A DNA stretch of 64,000 bases from Bigelowiella natans CCMP2755 (Eukaryota; Protista; Cercozoa), in assembly GCA_000320545.1 (NCBI GenBank), contig ADNK01000614.1, positions 187,576 to 251,575 on the forward strand. Direction: 5' to 3'. The notes under the pieces are model-generated. The model ran no database searches, was not told where the DNA came from, and was given only the letters and a program-made list of their open reading frames with translations. A program made the translations under genes and the position numbers. Shown in pieces: positions 33,247-46,379 of this stretch (position 1 is its first letter; the number at the start of each line of letters is the position of its first letter).

Positions 33247-34541
33247 TGTCTTCGCCGAGCTTAGTTCACAGGTCGAACGTGAACAAGTTCAAGAGTCGCG
33301 GCACGGCAGTGCCTTTCCTTGATTACTTTATGAAAATTGGGCTCGATGAACCTCTTAGACGTGCTGTGACCCCTAGGGTTCGCTATGGGGGCGAAACATT
33401 GCCACTGACCCGCTACACAGGGGACCACAGCACAGCGCCACCATTGTTGCTTTGTACATTCGACGGCGAAACGGTAGATAGAGATATTGAAACTGTATTT
33501 TATTCAACGACTTGTGATATTTACTCTATGTTAGTATAAATCGACGTCAATTTACGTTCGGCAGGCCTCTCATTGTGCTTTAAAATCCATTTTTAGAACA
33601 ATCTTTTAAAAAATCACATAAAATAATACACGTGCGACATGCACGCTGGGCGTAATGAAAGCCAATTTCTGCCACTTTTTGTGAGTTTCCGCAATGACAC
33701 TAGATAAATCTTAACTGAAGTATGAAATTAGGAATCGTTTTTGCAGAAACTGATGGCCAGAAAGGTGGCCGTTTCGTTTTTCTAGTCTTTACTGAAAGGG
33801 TTGCCGAGCTTTTTATGCCTACGACATCACTTGCTTTAATCTTAGACCGACATTTGGAACTGATATCTTTTCTTCTGCAATATCCCTGCCATTTATTGGA
33901 TAAAACTGAACCCATACAAAAATATCTCAGATATGCCCTTATAGTTTTACCCGCAAAAATAAGATGATGCTCCTGGTTAAGCATAATCTCGGGGATCCGA
34001 GTTGCAGAAATTTATTATTTAGTATGATAAGACAACAAAATGTGCTAGTCGCAATGTACGAATATATCGCTTTCCTTCCCATTCGCTGACTGCAAGTTAC
34101 CGAACGTCAAAAATGCAAACATATTAAGACAAGCTCTGTTCGCTTAGGAATCTGTTTCGGGTAAAAGTGAGGGAATTTATTATGGATCCTGCCTGCCTAA
34201 ATGAGTAATTAGAAATCAAAGGAATGTAATCAATTATTACTGTGTAGTTACAAACATCTGAAACCCCACCTCGAAGGACGAGGCCCCAATTCATCCCCAG
34301 ATCTATTTTGTGTGTAAAACCTTACGCTGGCTGCGCATATTAAGGTAAACAGGAATGTAGAATAGGAGGAGGTGCGTTTTAGAGTGGGCTCGCTGGGTTC
34401 GAGGGTCGATGCTGGGAAGAAAATTATGAATGCCTATCTTTCGAAAACTACGGCATATGCCAGCGAAGAAATGGGATCCTGTGTGCATTCAACGTGATTA
34501 CGCTTTTCATTGTACCTGTAGCCTCAAGAGCAGAAAAAGCC

Positions 34542-36333
34542 ATGCCAGGAGACGCTATCAAGGTCCGTGTATTTGGAGTGCTCTCTGAGGCAATAACTAT
34601 TTCGTGACTAATACAGAGATATTCCCACAGGTCGCAGTTCGCGTACGGCCGTTCAACAAGCGTGAGAAGAAGAGAAATGCCCACCTCGCTATTACCATGG
34701 ATGCTGAAAGCGGTATGGTCCATGCGAAGGGGAAAGTTCCCGGAGGTAAATGAAACCTTTGTACAATTTAATGGTGATGAGAAATGACGATAAACGAGCC
34801 TCGTCTTGTTGAAAAATTCTTCGGTATGCATGTGAGATTCATTTTCTGACCACAGGTGATGCATATGACAAGAAATATCACTTTGATAACGCATTCTGGT
34901 AAGTGAAATGATTTTGTAAACTTCATATAAACACGTGGCTGTCGCCAGTCTGCCCTATTTCTCCTAGTGTACTCACTTCTCATTGAACACTCTTAGGTCG
35001 CACGATGGGTTCGGCACTCCCAAGTTTGTTACTCAGACAAATCTCTTCACGGTTCAAAAGATTTCAAAATAATCGCCCTTCATACAAGCTTTTCTCCGCG
35101 ATGACTCTTGTTCGCGTCGAGATACTTCGTTGCTAATCGTTGAACACTTTAGCATGCCAGCCTTTCGTACGTCTTCTGCTGTCTTCAAGCTTTTTTACTC
35201 GGATATAGTTTTGTCGCCAACTTCCACATTTACTCTGATAGACGATCGGTGAGAGTCTTTTGAAAGACGCATGGGAAGGGTACAACGTATGCCTCTTTGC
35301 ATACGGACAGGTTCTGCTTATTTCTACGCGATAATATTATCTCATCATCTGTATATTCCTATCCTCTAATTCAAAGTGTGATTTCATGACAATTCTATTA
35401 TTCTCCTCGTAGAGTGGGGCAGGGAAAAGTTTCTCAATGACTGGTGCGAAAGGGATGGAGGATGGTGATGGTATTGTCCCCCGGATCTGTGATGGCCTGC
35501 TCAGAAAGGTGCGTGTAGTTCACAAATTTAATCAAACGCAGATTCATTAAATAATACCAATGAAAGCACACACATACACACACACACTTTTATTTCGGCT
35601 CCGCAGTTTGCTGTTGCGTTGCATGCCATTTTAAAATTATGGGCCCCGTTAAGAATTTGCAGGACCATCAAAATGACCGAAACTTCCTGTTCTCTTTTCC
35701 CCTTCAGATCGCGGCTGAGCCGAAAAAAGAAGGCTTTGAAATAAAACTGGAGGTATAAACCGAGTAATAGTGTAACAGAACAATGGCAACACGCAAAAAA
35801 ATGAGTAGTCAGCACAAATAGAGAAATTGAATGAAGTTCATATCCCATATGTGCTGATTATAATCTTTTCGAACCCATTAACCAGGTGTCTATGCTTGAG
35901 ATTTATATTGACGATTTGGTGGACTTACTCGTGGCAAAGGACAAACAACCAAAGGGTGGAATCAAGACCTACTATCGTGAGGTGAAGCGGGGCGTGAAAG
36001 TCACAGAAATTATTCCCTTAACAAGGTGCAGATATGAGGCGAGGCGACGATACGCACCAGCAATCTCAATTTCATTTCAATTTCGCCTCCTCATTTCATG
36101 CTTCCTCGCTCTTTCCTCATTCCGTTGAGACAAAACATGGTTCGAATATCCAATGCTTCTTGTAGGGTGCAGGTCAAGTCCGTCGAGGAGATGGAGCACT
36201 TCCTTGCGATAGGGCAAGGCAACCAAACGATTGGTGAAACCGGCCTCAATGCCGTCAGTAGCCGCGCGCACACCATTTTCGAGCTTCGTATTACCAAGAC
36301 CGTCATCGATAAAAAAGTACGTCCCACTGCGAA

Positions 36334-36367
<34 letters not shown>

Positions 36368-39300
36368 ATTGTACACGTGAACGATGTATTAAATTCCCCT
36401 TTTGATTTTCTGATTGACTTTAAAAATTAGGCCGGGAAGAAGGAGACATGTTACAACACTGTCCGGCTTGTGGACTTGGCTGGTTCTGAGCGACTTGAGA
36501 AGACCCGTGAGTCAAAGGCTTTCAACAAACAACGTGAGATCGAGGGTAAAGCTATTAACAACTCGCTCACTCACCTGGGAAAGGTCGTTCGGCGCATCGC
36601 CGAGCTTTCGTCCAAAAAGAATCTCTCCAAGGCTAAATTCAAAAAAGGCATGGCAGCTATTTCCTGGCGTTCCAGCAAGCTTACTACGCTGCTCCGCGAC
36701 TCGCTCGGAGGTAACTGCAAAACTGTGATGATTGCCGCCATCTCTCCAGCCATGACCGAGCTAGCGGAGACATGCTCAACCCTCCGCTACGCCAACGACA
36801 TCAAGCAGATCAGTTGTAAGGCTGTCAAGGCCGTGAGCAAGACTGAACAGCTCCAGAAGGAGCTTAAAAGCGCCAAAGATGAGATCGCCAAGCTCCGTGC
36901 TGCGCTGGCAAAGGGCGGAGGCAGTATTGATGACGGCGACGACGAAAAAATGGAGGAAATGAAGGCGCAGCTGGAAGAAATGAAGGCAAAAATGGCTCGC
37001 GAGTCAAACAAAGTGTCTCCTGAGGCGATACTGCAGGCCCAAATAAAGGCACGGAAAGAGGCTGATGCCAAGCGCAAAAACATGCCGCATCTTGAATTCC
37101 TCCACCCTGACCCCAATTTCTCGCGTTCAACGTGCTCTTTCATCGACAAGGACACCGTAAATGCCGGCAAGGATGATGATTGCGGTGTTAAGCTCACAGG
37201 ACTGGGAGTTCTCGCTCAGCACGCCGTTTTCACCAAGAGTGGGTCTGAAGTGGCGGTAAAGGCACTATCTGGAAAGGAGCTGACGATCGTCAACGGAAAC
37301 AAGCTCAAGGGAGGACAATCTGTTACCCTTAAGCCATTTGACCGCGTCGTGATGGGAAAGAAGAACCTATTTCTGTTCCGAAACCCGGAAGCAGAGAAGT
37401 CAAGTTTATCAGCGGAGCAGGTTAGCGGAAGAGAGTTCAGCGTTCGTATTTGGTGCTTTTGCAGTGCATAACACCGTATACTGTGACAGAAGAAGCAAAC
37501 CACGCACACACGTACACAAAGGGGGGGAGAGGAAGTAGTAGATCGTGGTGAGGAAAATTGCTTCTATTCACAAACGCGCCCGTGCGCGTGCACCACACGC
37601 ATACACACACGCGCACATACATGCCCAATTAGATCGAGAAGTTGATCGACGAGCACGATTTCGACTCTGTCAAGGATGAAATGTTCAAGGACGAGCTCGA
37701 GGCGCAAATGAAAGCAAAGCGTGAGGCAGAGGCACGCGCCAAGGCTGAGTTCGAGCGGAAGATCCGTGAGCGTGAAGAGAAGATGAAAGCGGAGAGGGAG
37801 AAGGCTGACGCCGAGCGCCTCAAGATGGAGGAGGAAATGAAGAAGATGCAGGCCATGGCAGGTGCTGAAAAGGCAGCCGCCGCAGAGCGTATGAAGCAGC
37901 TCGAGGCCGCCCAGAAGCGCATGAAAGCGGAGATGAAACGTAAAGAGGAGGAACATAAACAGGCCGTTATCGATGAGAAGCGTAAGGAAGAGAACCAAGC
38001 CCGCCAGCGTGAGATCGTGCGGCTGAGTATATCGAGACTTGTCCCTCTCGTCGCAGAGGCAAACGACATAGCTAACGAGTTTAAGATCGCTGTGCAGTAC
38101 GCGCTGCAAGCGATCAACTTCCCAGACATGCACGGCGACATCATCTCCAAGGTGTTCGTACAAGTCATCAACAGGCTCACCGGCAAGACGCGCAAGTATG
38201 TGATCTCGGAGGAGACCTTCAACGAGGAGATGTTTGAGATTCGCGACCTCTTTTCCAAGTTCACCGAGAAACCGGACGAGTTCGAAATGCCAGCCAACAA
38301 TCCCTGGATTGAGGGTATGTACAAGCCGCACTACCTCGGGGAGGCTCGCCCTTGGATCATGCAGATTGAGTACGGGTTCGACGTCCCCGACGAGGAGGAC
38401 CCACCCTTCGTGAAGATCATTGGCTGGAAGAACGACAACGATGTCATCGGGAAGCTTTTCTTCAAAATGCATCCTATCGTCCCAGACGAGGTAGTGATCA
38501 AACGGACTTCAGGAGGGGATTAGGGAGAGATAGAGAGTGGAGTGTGGTCCTTAGAGAACATAAAATATTATAGTCCTCCCCCCCCCCCCCTTTCTGAGAC
38601 GCAACCCGCTTATGTCCTCTTTCTCTCTTTCGCCACCCCTCCCAACCTCTGTAACTCAGATAATGGATAAAATGGCTATGATCGAGCCAGATGATGATTC
38701 ACCCGAGGATTTGTCCTTGGCCAACGTGGATATAGATAAGCTGGATGTGGAGATGTCGATAGACAAGATAGAGCACATGCCGCCTGAATCGTGCTCCAAC
38801 GTGTTCGTCACCTTCGCTATTCCGCCAAATATTAATGTAGCGGTGCTCAATAAGGATGTTGCGGAGGATGACCTGGACGGCGTCTTTGAGTCCAAAATCT
38901 GCAATCCTGACGTGAGTGTAGCAGATATAGTAGTAGTAGTAGTAGTAGTAGTAGTTGGAGGATAGCAATACATAATCTTATGATGATCTTCCTCCCATTG
39001 CTTCTTCCTCTACCGCTCTTGTTTTCAGATAAGCAAGCCAGTGTCCAAAGTGTCGATCGGATTCAATGAAACACTGCGCTTCCAAAACGTAGACAAGGAA
39101 TTCTTCCGGTGGCTCAAGAGCCAGCCTTTCGGGATCAAAGTGTACGGCGCCTGCCCCAAGGTATCAGGGGAGATCAAAGTTGGCAGAATCCTTGGTCGTA
39201 AGAAGAAGGAAGTAAAACAGCCCCAGGAAAATAAAGTATCTGCACGTGCTCCTGCAAACGTAGGGGGTGCAGGCGGTGGAGATTACGAGGCAAAGATAAA

Positions 39301-39739
39301 GGAGGCGATGGAGCGTGCGGCTGAACACGAGCGTAATATCAAGGCCAAGGAAATGGAGGTCGCGAAGCTTCAACAAGAGGTGTGGGACATTATATGAAGA
39401 AATGAAGACGATAGACCTAACCTTTGTACCATCTTCACCACTGATCGCGAAAAAATGCTACGATTATGAGCAACTTACACAACTGTAACGACATGTCGTC
39501 ACCATAATGATTCTTGCCCAAATTCTTAGGTCGAGAAACTCAGAAGCTCGCCGGGAGGTGAATCAGGTGGGGAAATCTCAGAATATAAGAAAGAACTTGC
39601 TGAAGTGAAAGAGAAGAACAAGAAACTCGAAGACGAGCTTGCTGCAAAAGACAAAGAGCTCGCGAAAAAAATGGAGGAACTCGAGAAGGCTCGCGCAGCT
39701 GCCAACGAAAAATCGAAAGCTGGTTGTAGTCTAATTTGA
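34542..39739 (+). CDS. Kinesin-3 family motor (motor, FHA, coiled coil, C-terminal domains) ending in a CaaX box
   Basis: MPGDAIK|VAVRVRPFNKRE, FAYGQSGAGKS, SSRAH, DLAGSE, SKLTTLLRDSLGGNCKTVMIAAISP; FHA-like segment HLEFLHPDP..HAVF; LVAEANDIANEF; last exon 39530-39739 ends KAGCSLI*. Confidence 0.92.
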
Positions 39740-40542
39740 GATCATGAGGATACAAGTTTTGGAATCACTTTTGTCCGCGGAATGTTGCCGTCAAACATGC
39801 ATGCCCGATCGTACATCCCACTCACTCAGAAGTTTATTCGTTCAGCATGTTTTATCTTAATTCACTGCATCTGTGAGTGACTAAGCTTTCAAAAAATCCA
39901 CAATAGCTTCATCCACCATGCAATATATTTGAAACAAATGGAGCACAAAATCATCAAAGCGGGCAATAGCTGCAAAGAAAAGCCCGCCAGCATTCATCAG
40001 TATAGCGCGCCGATCGCGCATCGCAGTACCCTGTCCGCTTATGGCGGTACGTGTGACACCATTAATCGGCATAAAATTGTGTCTCTTGGTTGGACACGCT
40101 GGCAGCATCGGCAATGAATAATAATCCACAGTGCATATTCGTGCCTGTCTGCATTTAAGCCGGTTACATCTTACTCGATCGGCCTGCGCAGTACGCTGCC
40201 ATGCACACAGGATGCTGAAGAAGACGCTTGGGATGCCTGGGTCTATGTCCAATAATGACACTCCTCACGTCCTCTCATGGGGAAAATAAAAGTCAAAAAT
40301 TACTTAAGTGACAAATACTCGTATAATGAATTTCGAAAGAATTTTTGACTCGTTGAAATGAAATTCCTTATGAAGTCTCACAATATTTTGGCTCATCATG
40401 AAAGACTGTAATATTTGAAAGACGCACATCAAAATTAGGCAGTATACATTATACAGCGCTTACAGCTAGACAAATGCGACACATTGCATTCACATGTATT
40501 CATGCTTGATGTACATCGTAGCAGAAACAACAAACCAGTATA

Positions 40543-40644
40543 ATTTAAGCGCTGTAGCCGCGGCTTTGCACTTTGCACAACTAAATTAGGATGACATGCA
40601 ATTGGACAAATTTAACTTATACTTATTCATTACATCCGTCTCAT
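40543..40644 (-). repeat. Copy D of the intergenic element (inverted relative to A)
   Basis: Two 19-nt identical blocks plus GTCATCCTAAT shared with copy A. Confidence 0.85.
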
Positions 40645-40723
40645 ACAGGATGTGCCTGCTTGCGCGCATGCATACTATGTGCATTACGATGCTACGAAAA
40701 TTTCCCCCCTCATACTAATAACA

Positions 40724-41911
40724 TTAATTAGCGAATGCAACGAAGTCCATCACCATGAAATCCTCCACGTTCGGCACTAATTGTTTCACATACTTTTCAT
40801 GTGCATTGTGCACCAGATATGCGTCCCTATCTGTGGCAGTGTCGAAAGTGGTAATGAACACGTACTCGAACCCTCCTCTCGTTTCTGCCTCGATGTCGCT
40901 CCCAGGGCCGTTGGTGTTGAAACCGTTAGCGAATGGACCCCATTCGAACCCTTTCATTTGATCTATATGATTCGGAAGATCTATATATCCGGCAATCAGA
41001 TCCCCCACCGGCGACTCGGTCTTGAATTTGATAAAAACAACATGCTTTAGGCTACCAGCACCATTTCTCTTCGCAAGCTTCACCAGATTAGGGTGAAAAT
41101 CGAACACGATGCTCGGAATAGCTGATAAATCTGATACAACTTGACTGTCTTCCATTGTCTCACGCATTTGGATCACGCTTTCGAAGTCTGTAACCATGGC
41201 GTGCGTCTTTTCCTTGGCTAATTTCTTCTCGACAGCAGCATTTGCACAGGAGCCGAAAAGGGAGGTGGCTCGCCCACCAGCCCTGCTCTCAAGAATCTTG
41301 GCATGATTTAGCAATATCTGTACTGCACCTGACTGCTTTTCCTCCTGAAACTCGTAGAGCTGCACACGACGAACTCTCTCGCTATCATACCGCTGAGCGG
41401 AGCGCCCATCTCCTAGACCGGTCTCACACGGTTTCGTTTCGAATATAATCTCACGGTAGGTAGTGTTTCCGACGTTCTTGACGCCATGAGTAGAATCGAA
41501 TGCTGGGATTGCTCCTGAAGTATCATGCATGAGTTCCCCTTTACGCACGAACGCCATTGTTGCTCCCGTAGGCGCATCAAACTGGAACAGCTCCTCCCCA
41601 GTCTCGGCGGAGGTCGCGGCTAATCGGGACCCCTCAATTACCGTGAAGCGGTAATCATACATATGTTCGTGGGGGGGAAGACGCTCACCCGCAGGGAGCA
41701 CGAAGTCCCATACCACACTTGAATCGTCCTCATAAAGCTTCTTCGTTCCCACTGTAGGTGGGCATTTGGGCACACGTACTTCACTCTCACAAGCCTCTTC
41801 TGCAGAACAGGTGTCGAACTCATCATCAGCGTAGATGACTGGGGCCGTTATGAGGAAGAGAACAAGGAGAGGGGACAGCACGGTGGTGACGACGCTGTGT
41901 CGGCACATCAT
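40724..41911 (-). CDS. Intronless 395-aa protein: signal peptide, cupin domain and C-terminal Dabb (stress-responsive A/B barrel) domain
   Basis: Hydrophobic leader LSPLLVLFLITAPVIYA. Cupin VWDFVLPAGERLPPHEH..HGVKNVG...YREIIFETK. Dabb LKHVVFIKFK..GFEWG..GFEYVFITTF..DAYLVHNAH. Confidence 0.85.
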   Translation of the reverse strand: MMCRHSVVTTVLSPLLVLFLITAPVIYADDEFDTCSAEEACESEVRVPKCPPTVGTKKLYEDDSSVVWDFVLPAGERLPPHEHMYDYRFTVIEGSRLAATSAETGEELFQFDAPTGATMAFVRKGELMHDTSGAIPAFDSTHGVKNVGNTTYREIIFETKPCETGLGDGRSAQRYDSERVRRVQLYEFQEEKQSGAVQILLNHAKILESRAGGRATSLFGSCANAAVEKKLAKEKTHAMVTDFESVIQMRETMEDSQVVSDLSAIPSIVFDFHPNLVKLAKRNGAGSLKHVVFIKFKTESPVGDLIAGYIDLPNHIDQMKGFEWGPFANGFNTNGPGSDIEAETRGGFEYVFITTFDTATDRDAYLVHNAHEKYVKQLVPNVEDFMVMDFVAFAN

Positions 41912-42469
41912 CTCGCGTGCGATGATTACGAAAACTCAGAATTAAATCTATCTAAAAAATTCTTTGACGCAAGTTAAAAATTAGTCCTATATTTAACTAC
42001 GACATAATATTATAGCTGTCGCATAATAAATCTGTGCATCTTTCCTTACCAATCTTGCATAATTTCGAACCGAAATATCCGAAGAGTTTCCTCGAGTATC
42101 GGTCCAAGCAGACGTTGTACATGACGCAACAATAACAACAATCGTACTTCTCATCTTTACTGTCATGCCAATCACCCGTAAATATCCCTTTTTTGGTTAA
42201 TTTTAAATTATTCGAAATTTAGATTATTATTACCAGAAAACGTCTTAATATTCTTTCCTACTTTTTGGTTGTAGAACAGGACACTCTTCCATTCCTTCTC
42301 CTGAGGCCCCGAGTTACCCACGCGCATCCAATGCGATCGAGGGTAGATAGCCCCCCGCCCATGTCCCCTACTGTCTCCTTTTGAATCATCAACGCATTCT
42401 TGTATATGGTGCTCATGTGCCAAATCGAGGCAGGTTCCATGTGTCTTGATTCGCAATAACGACGAAAAA

Positions 42470-44084
42470 TATGTGTTCATACGCATGTGTATATATCCGA
42501 ATCGTCGCCTCCTTCCTCTTGCTGATGCTGATTGTGCTGCATGTTACGTTGTGAAGAGACTAAATAGGCGATCGTTTGGAGTAGCGTTGTCATTAGTACT
42601 CTGTGTCGTCTTTGGCTACTTTCCATCCCACCTTGCTCCAAAGCTGGGGCGGTCCGGAGTTGTTCGGTTTTCCAACAGCATCACGGAAAAGATATCTCCA
42701 GCACTTCCATGTGGTTTTGTCAACATAGCAGCTAGCCAGAAGTTGTCTCCGATTATAGGCATGGTGAGACGACTGATTTACATCCGTGTGGACGCGTGGT
42801 TAAATCATCTGCGTGCGTTTGGTGTTGCTGAACCTCGCTTTCAAAATTAGATGCCTGGGCCTTGGAGGCCTTCGGAACCTGAGCGGCGTGAGACGGTGCT
42901 GCTGCTGCTATATAATACCAATGTGGAGATTATGATGCATCATTTGGCCGTACCCTCTCAATTTTTTTTTCACTTGCTCTTTTTCATAATGACATTTTTG
43001 GTGTTGAATCCTCCTATCACCTGTCAATCTAATCGGTAGTTATCATCACTGGTCCTTCTGACCACCTTCTCCCCATTGCACCTTAGGAATTTCCTCAGTT
43101 CATTCCCCAACCGCGTGAGCCGCGGAAGCGTCCTTCAGAGTGGGATTTTCCTGGTAAGACACCCGACGAAGTTCCGACACCGCAGAGGAAAGAGGTAGCG
43201 TTGATGGTGAGGACCGACGGCAACAATGATGATGACGACAATGCAAAATGATGACGACGATAAAGCAAGGCATGAAAGCAAAAAAGAAGCCCTTTCGTTG
43301 CAAGATCAGGCAAATGATCTGCACATGTATGGGTGTACTGCAGGAACCGATGTTCCCATGGATTGAACCGCCTGAGAAGGAAAGACGCCGGAAAAAGGAT
43401 CAGGATCCATTCAATCCCACCCCTGACGAAGAAGAAAAAGAAGATGAAAAAAAGGAGGGAGATGAGGAGCAGAAGGTTGTGCAACATCGTGCCCATGATG
43501 AATGACCGAAGTTTGAAGATTTACGTACATTGGGAGTAAACACACACGGAGCATACAAACAATATAGGACGACGGAAATGACGATAGTAAGAAGCGAAAG
43601 AAGAACAGACCTGTTCCGCTAGCGGTAATCAGCACCAACCTAATGTTGACGGGCCGTATGAACTTCATAAATTGCATAATCTACCATACAAAGAAAATAC
43701 TACGCCATTACATTATCCCCCCTCTTCATAAAATCTATACTGTGGCTATAGGATCCATTTGGTGATGAGGATGAAGACGAAGATAGAGCGGGCGGCATAC
43801 CTGGATTCCCATTACCTGAAATGGTGATAAGCAGTCATTTATTTCTTGTTGCCACTCCTTTGTGCTGTCCACGCTCTTTTACAGAAATCTGAAGTACATT
43901 GTAGTTAATAATGTTTTCACTATGTATTTAGCCTGAGGAAGAGGAAGAACGAAAGGACGATGACTCTGGGCCCTCACCGTCAACCGAGACTGGGGGCGAT
44001 GGTCCTTCGTTATTTCCCACACCAGATACCAAAAAGCGTTCTGATAGACCTAAACCTGGAGGCAATCCCTTATTTCCAATGTAA
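42470..44084 (+). CDS. Multi-exon acidic, proline-rich hypothetical protein with a hydrophobic N-terminal leader; 5' end uncertain
   Basis: GT-AG exons MPGPWRPSEPERRET, EFPQFIPQPREPRKRPSEWDFP, EPMFPWIEPP..DPFNP.., DPFGDEDEDED..GFPLPEM; last exon 43932-44084 ends PGGNPLFPM*. Confidence 0.6.
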
Positions 44085-44267
44085 TATATGTAATCATAAC
44101 GAGTGGCAATAATGAGAGGCAGGGGAGATATACTGCTGCGCACTTCCTCAGCATGTACGTGTAGAAACATGTACAATAACATGTGCGCTTATGGGGTTTA
44201 GCAGCTAGTCTAGGAGTGTACATGTGCTACGTAGACACATTATCATGCTTATGGCCATATGTGATAT

Positions 44268-44315
<48 letters not shown>

Positions 44316-44647
44316 TGTGTGTGTATGTGTGATGATTATTGTATGTGCGTATAGAGTCGCATCGTCGAGAGATCAGGCGCATCTAGCAGTACAAACGTAG
44401 CGCCTTACTAGCTTATGTGCTTATTGCAAAAATGGCAGCGGCTAGTTGCATGTATAAACACTTACAGCCAGTGTACACTTCTAGACTTGTATGCTGGGCC
44501 AACCGCGACATATTGATCCAACTGCCTCAATTAACAGCTTCGATGCATACACTAGCAATATCGATATTGGCCATTAAATTCAACAGCATATATTTCCATG
44601 CCAGAAACTGCCATCAGTGTTGTAAAACTAAATTCTTCATCATGCGT

Positions 44648-45684
44648 TCATTTCTTCGCCTGATACTTATCCATGAGCTTCGTGGGCCGTAAGATGTTGG
44701 ACTAATGTGCAAAAGAAAAAAGAACAAATAAAAGGTAATATCAACACCAATTTCCTGTGTAGCAACAATAATCTGCCTACTCACCTTATTAGTTTCAATT
44801 ATATGACCGTTGCATATCATTTCATCAAGGATGAAATGAGCCTTTTCAAGGTTGAACATGATATCTAACTCGCACTGCAAAGAAATATAGATAGATGACT
44901 CATAAGTGGCAAAACAAATTACATTCTGCCGAAAGAATTGAGGCCATGCCATGAGCAGCATCATCGTCTACACATTCAGCGGAATAATTTACGTACCACA
45001 TTCTCAAAGTATTTATCCAGGGTTTCAACGAGGTTGTGAATTAGCTCCAGAACGCCGAGCTCATTCTAGCAACGGAAGAAAATCAGTAAACAAAAAAAAA
45101 GGAAACATGGAGTTATATCTCTTCTTGATAATGCAATTTTGTAAATTTTGAATAAGTTGCCTCAGGAGTTATCTTGTTCATCTCTCATCCTCCCTACTTT
45201 CTGTTGCGGTGGATGTTCGTATTGCTTACCGTCTGTCCGTCTACGCCAACAATGAAGAAGAGCGAAGCATACCTTCTGTACACGCACTTGTAGTCTCGAT
45301 ATTCAATAAAGGAGCACTGGTTCTCTGTTCGTGCAAGACACTTCCTAATGATTTCCCCCTGATGGTAATTTGGTCATAATCGCATGAGAAGCATGGAGTT
45401 GGACATTCCGCCATCATTGCCATCATTATCAAACATTGTTTTGCACCACACCACACATTAGACCTCTATTGCAGCCTTTTCCTGGATCGTAAGATTTTTG
45501 CCATAATACTACGCACATAACGAGGTTGTAGGAATCGTTAGTAAATAATAAATAATGTGTGTAGGATTTTTCAGGTCGTATTAATTAAACCGTTAATCTG
45601 AAATCAGTTGAATAAGAAAACACATACCTGGGCCAGACGTGTTTGCCCCTGTTTGTTGACCATTAAGATGAAGCGAATCTTCAT
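44648..45684 (-). CDS. AP4S1: AP-4 adaptor complex sigma subunit; 6 exons (45684-45628, 45508-45464, 45358-45230, 45065-44997, 44874-44785, 44701-44648), 147 aa
   Basis: [91 protein letters not shown]. All introns are phase-0 GT-AG. Confidence 0.95.
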
Positions 45685-46379
45685 GTTGAACTTTAAGACC
45701 TGTTGTAAACAACAGTGATATTCCAAAATTGACGGAGTTCTTCCTTAAATCGATTACGCATCGAAAACATATCTGCACCAACTAGAGGGAGATGAGCGAA
45801 GGCACAAGGAATTCGCTATTATCAAAGCTAATCCCCCACTTATTTTTGTGCCCGTGTTTCACATTGAGGCTACTTCCAGCAGTCAACTCTATATCTCTAC
45901 AAATGCTGTTCACCGTTCTTTTCTTAATCTCTTTTATATCACTCCTCCAATAAAGGACTCGTGCAATCCTTGAGATTCTTATATCTTTTCAATCCATGCT
46001 ATTGCCTCTTCTCTACCACTTCCCCCCCTACCCTGACATCACCTTCGCTGCCCAAATCTTATTACTGGGGAAGATCTGCTGAATGATCTAAAATAGCCTA
46101 TGGATTTATTCTGCGACATAAGCTTCATCTCCGAATGGAAATAAATGTACGGCAAACATCCCACACAACGCAGAAAATTATGACGAGCGTGGTTCCTTGA
46201 AAGTTCCATATGATGTGATTTTTTACCATGCGACATCTTCAATGTGATGTCGTAAGATAAAATCACTGTATAATTTCTGGGATAGAAAATATTACGATGT
46301 TCCCCGTGCATATTTCTGACTTACGGCCTTTGTCAAGCCGATAATATATCCCTTTCACTGCCATCAGCCGAAGGGCAAC

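Noticed and set aside
28327-38472. Long antisense ORFs (28327-29094, 37564-38472, 37629-38324) as overlapping genes
   Set aside because: They are shadows of real coding exons on the other strand and have no independent motifs.
39881-40261. 126-aa minus-strand ORF in the kinesin-cupin gap
   Set aside because: It has no recognisable motif or convincing gene structure. It was left unannotated, but if real it would add a second break in the strand alternation.
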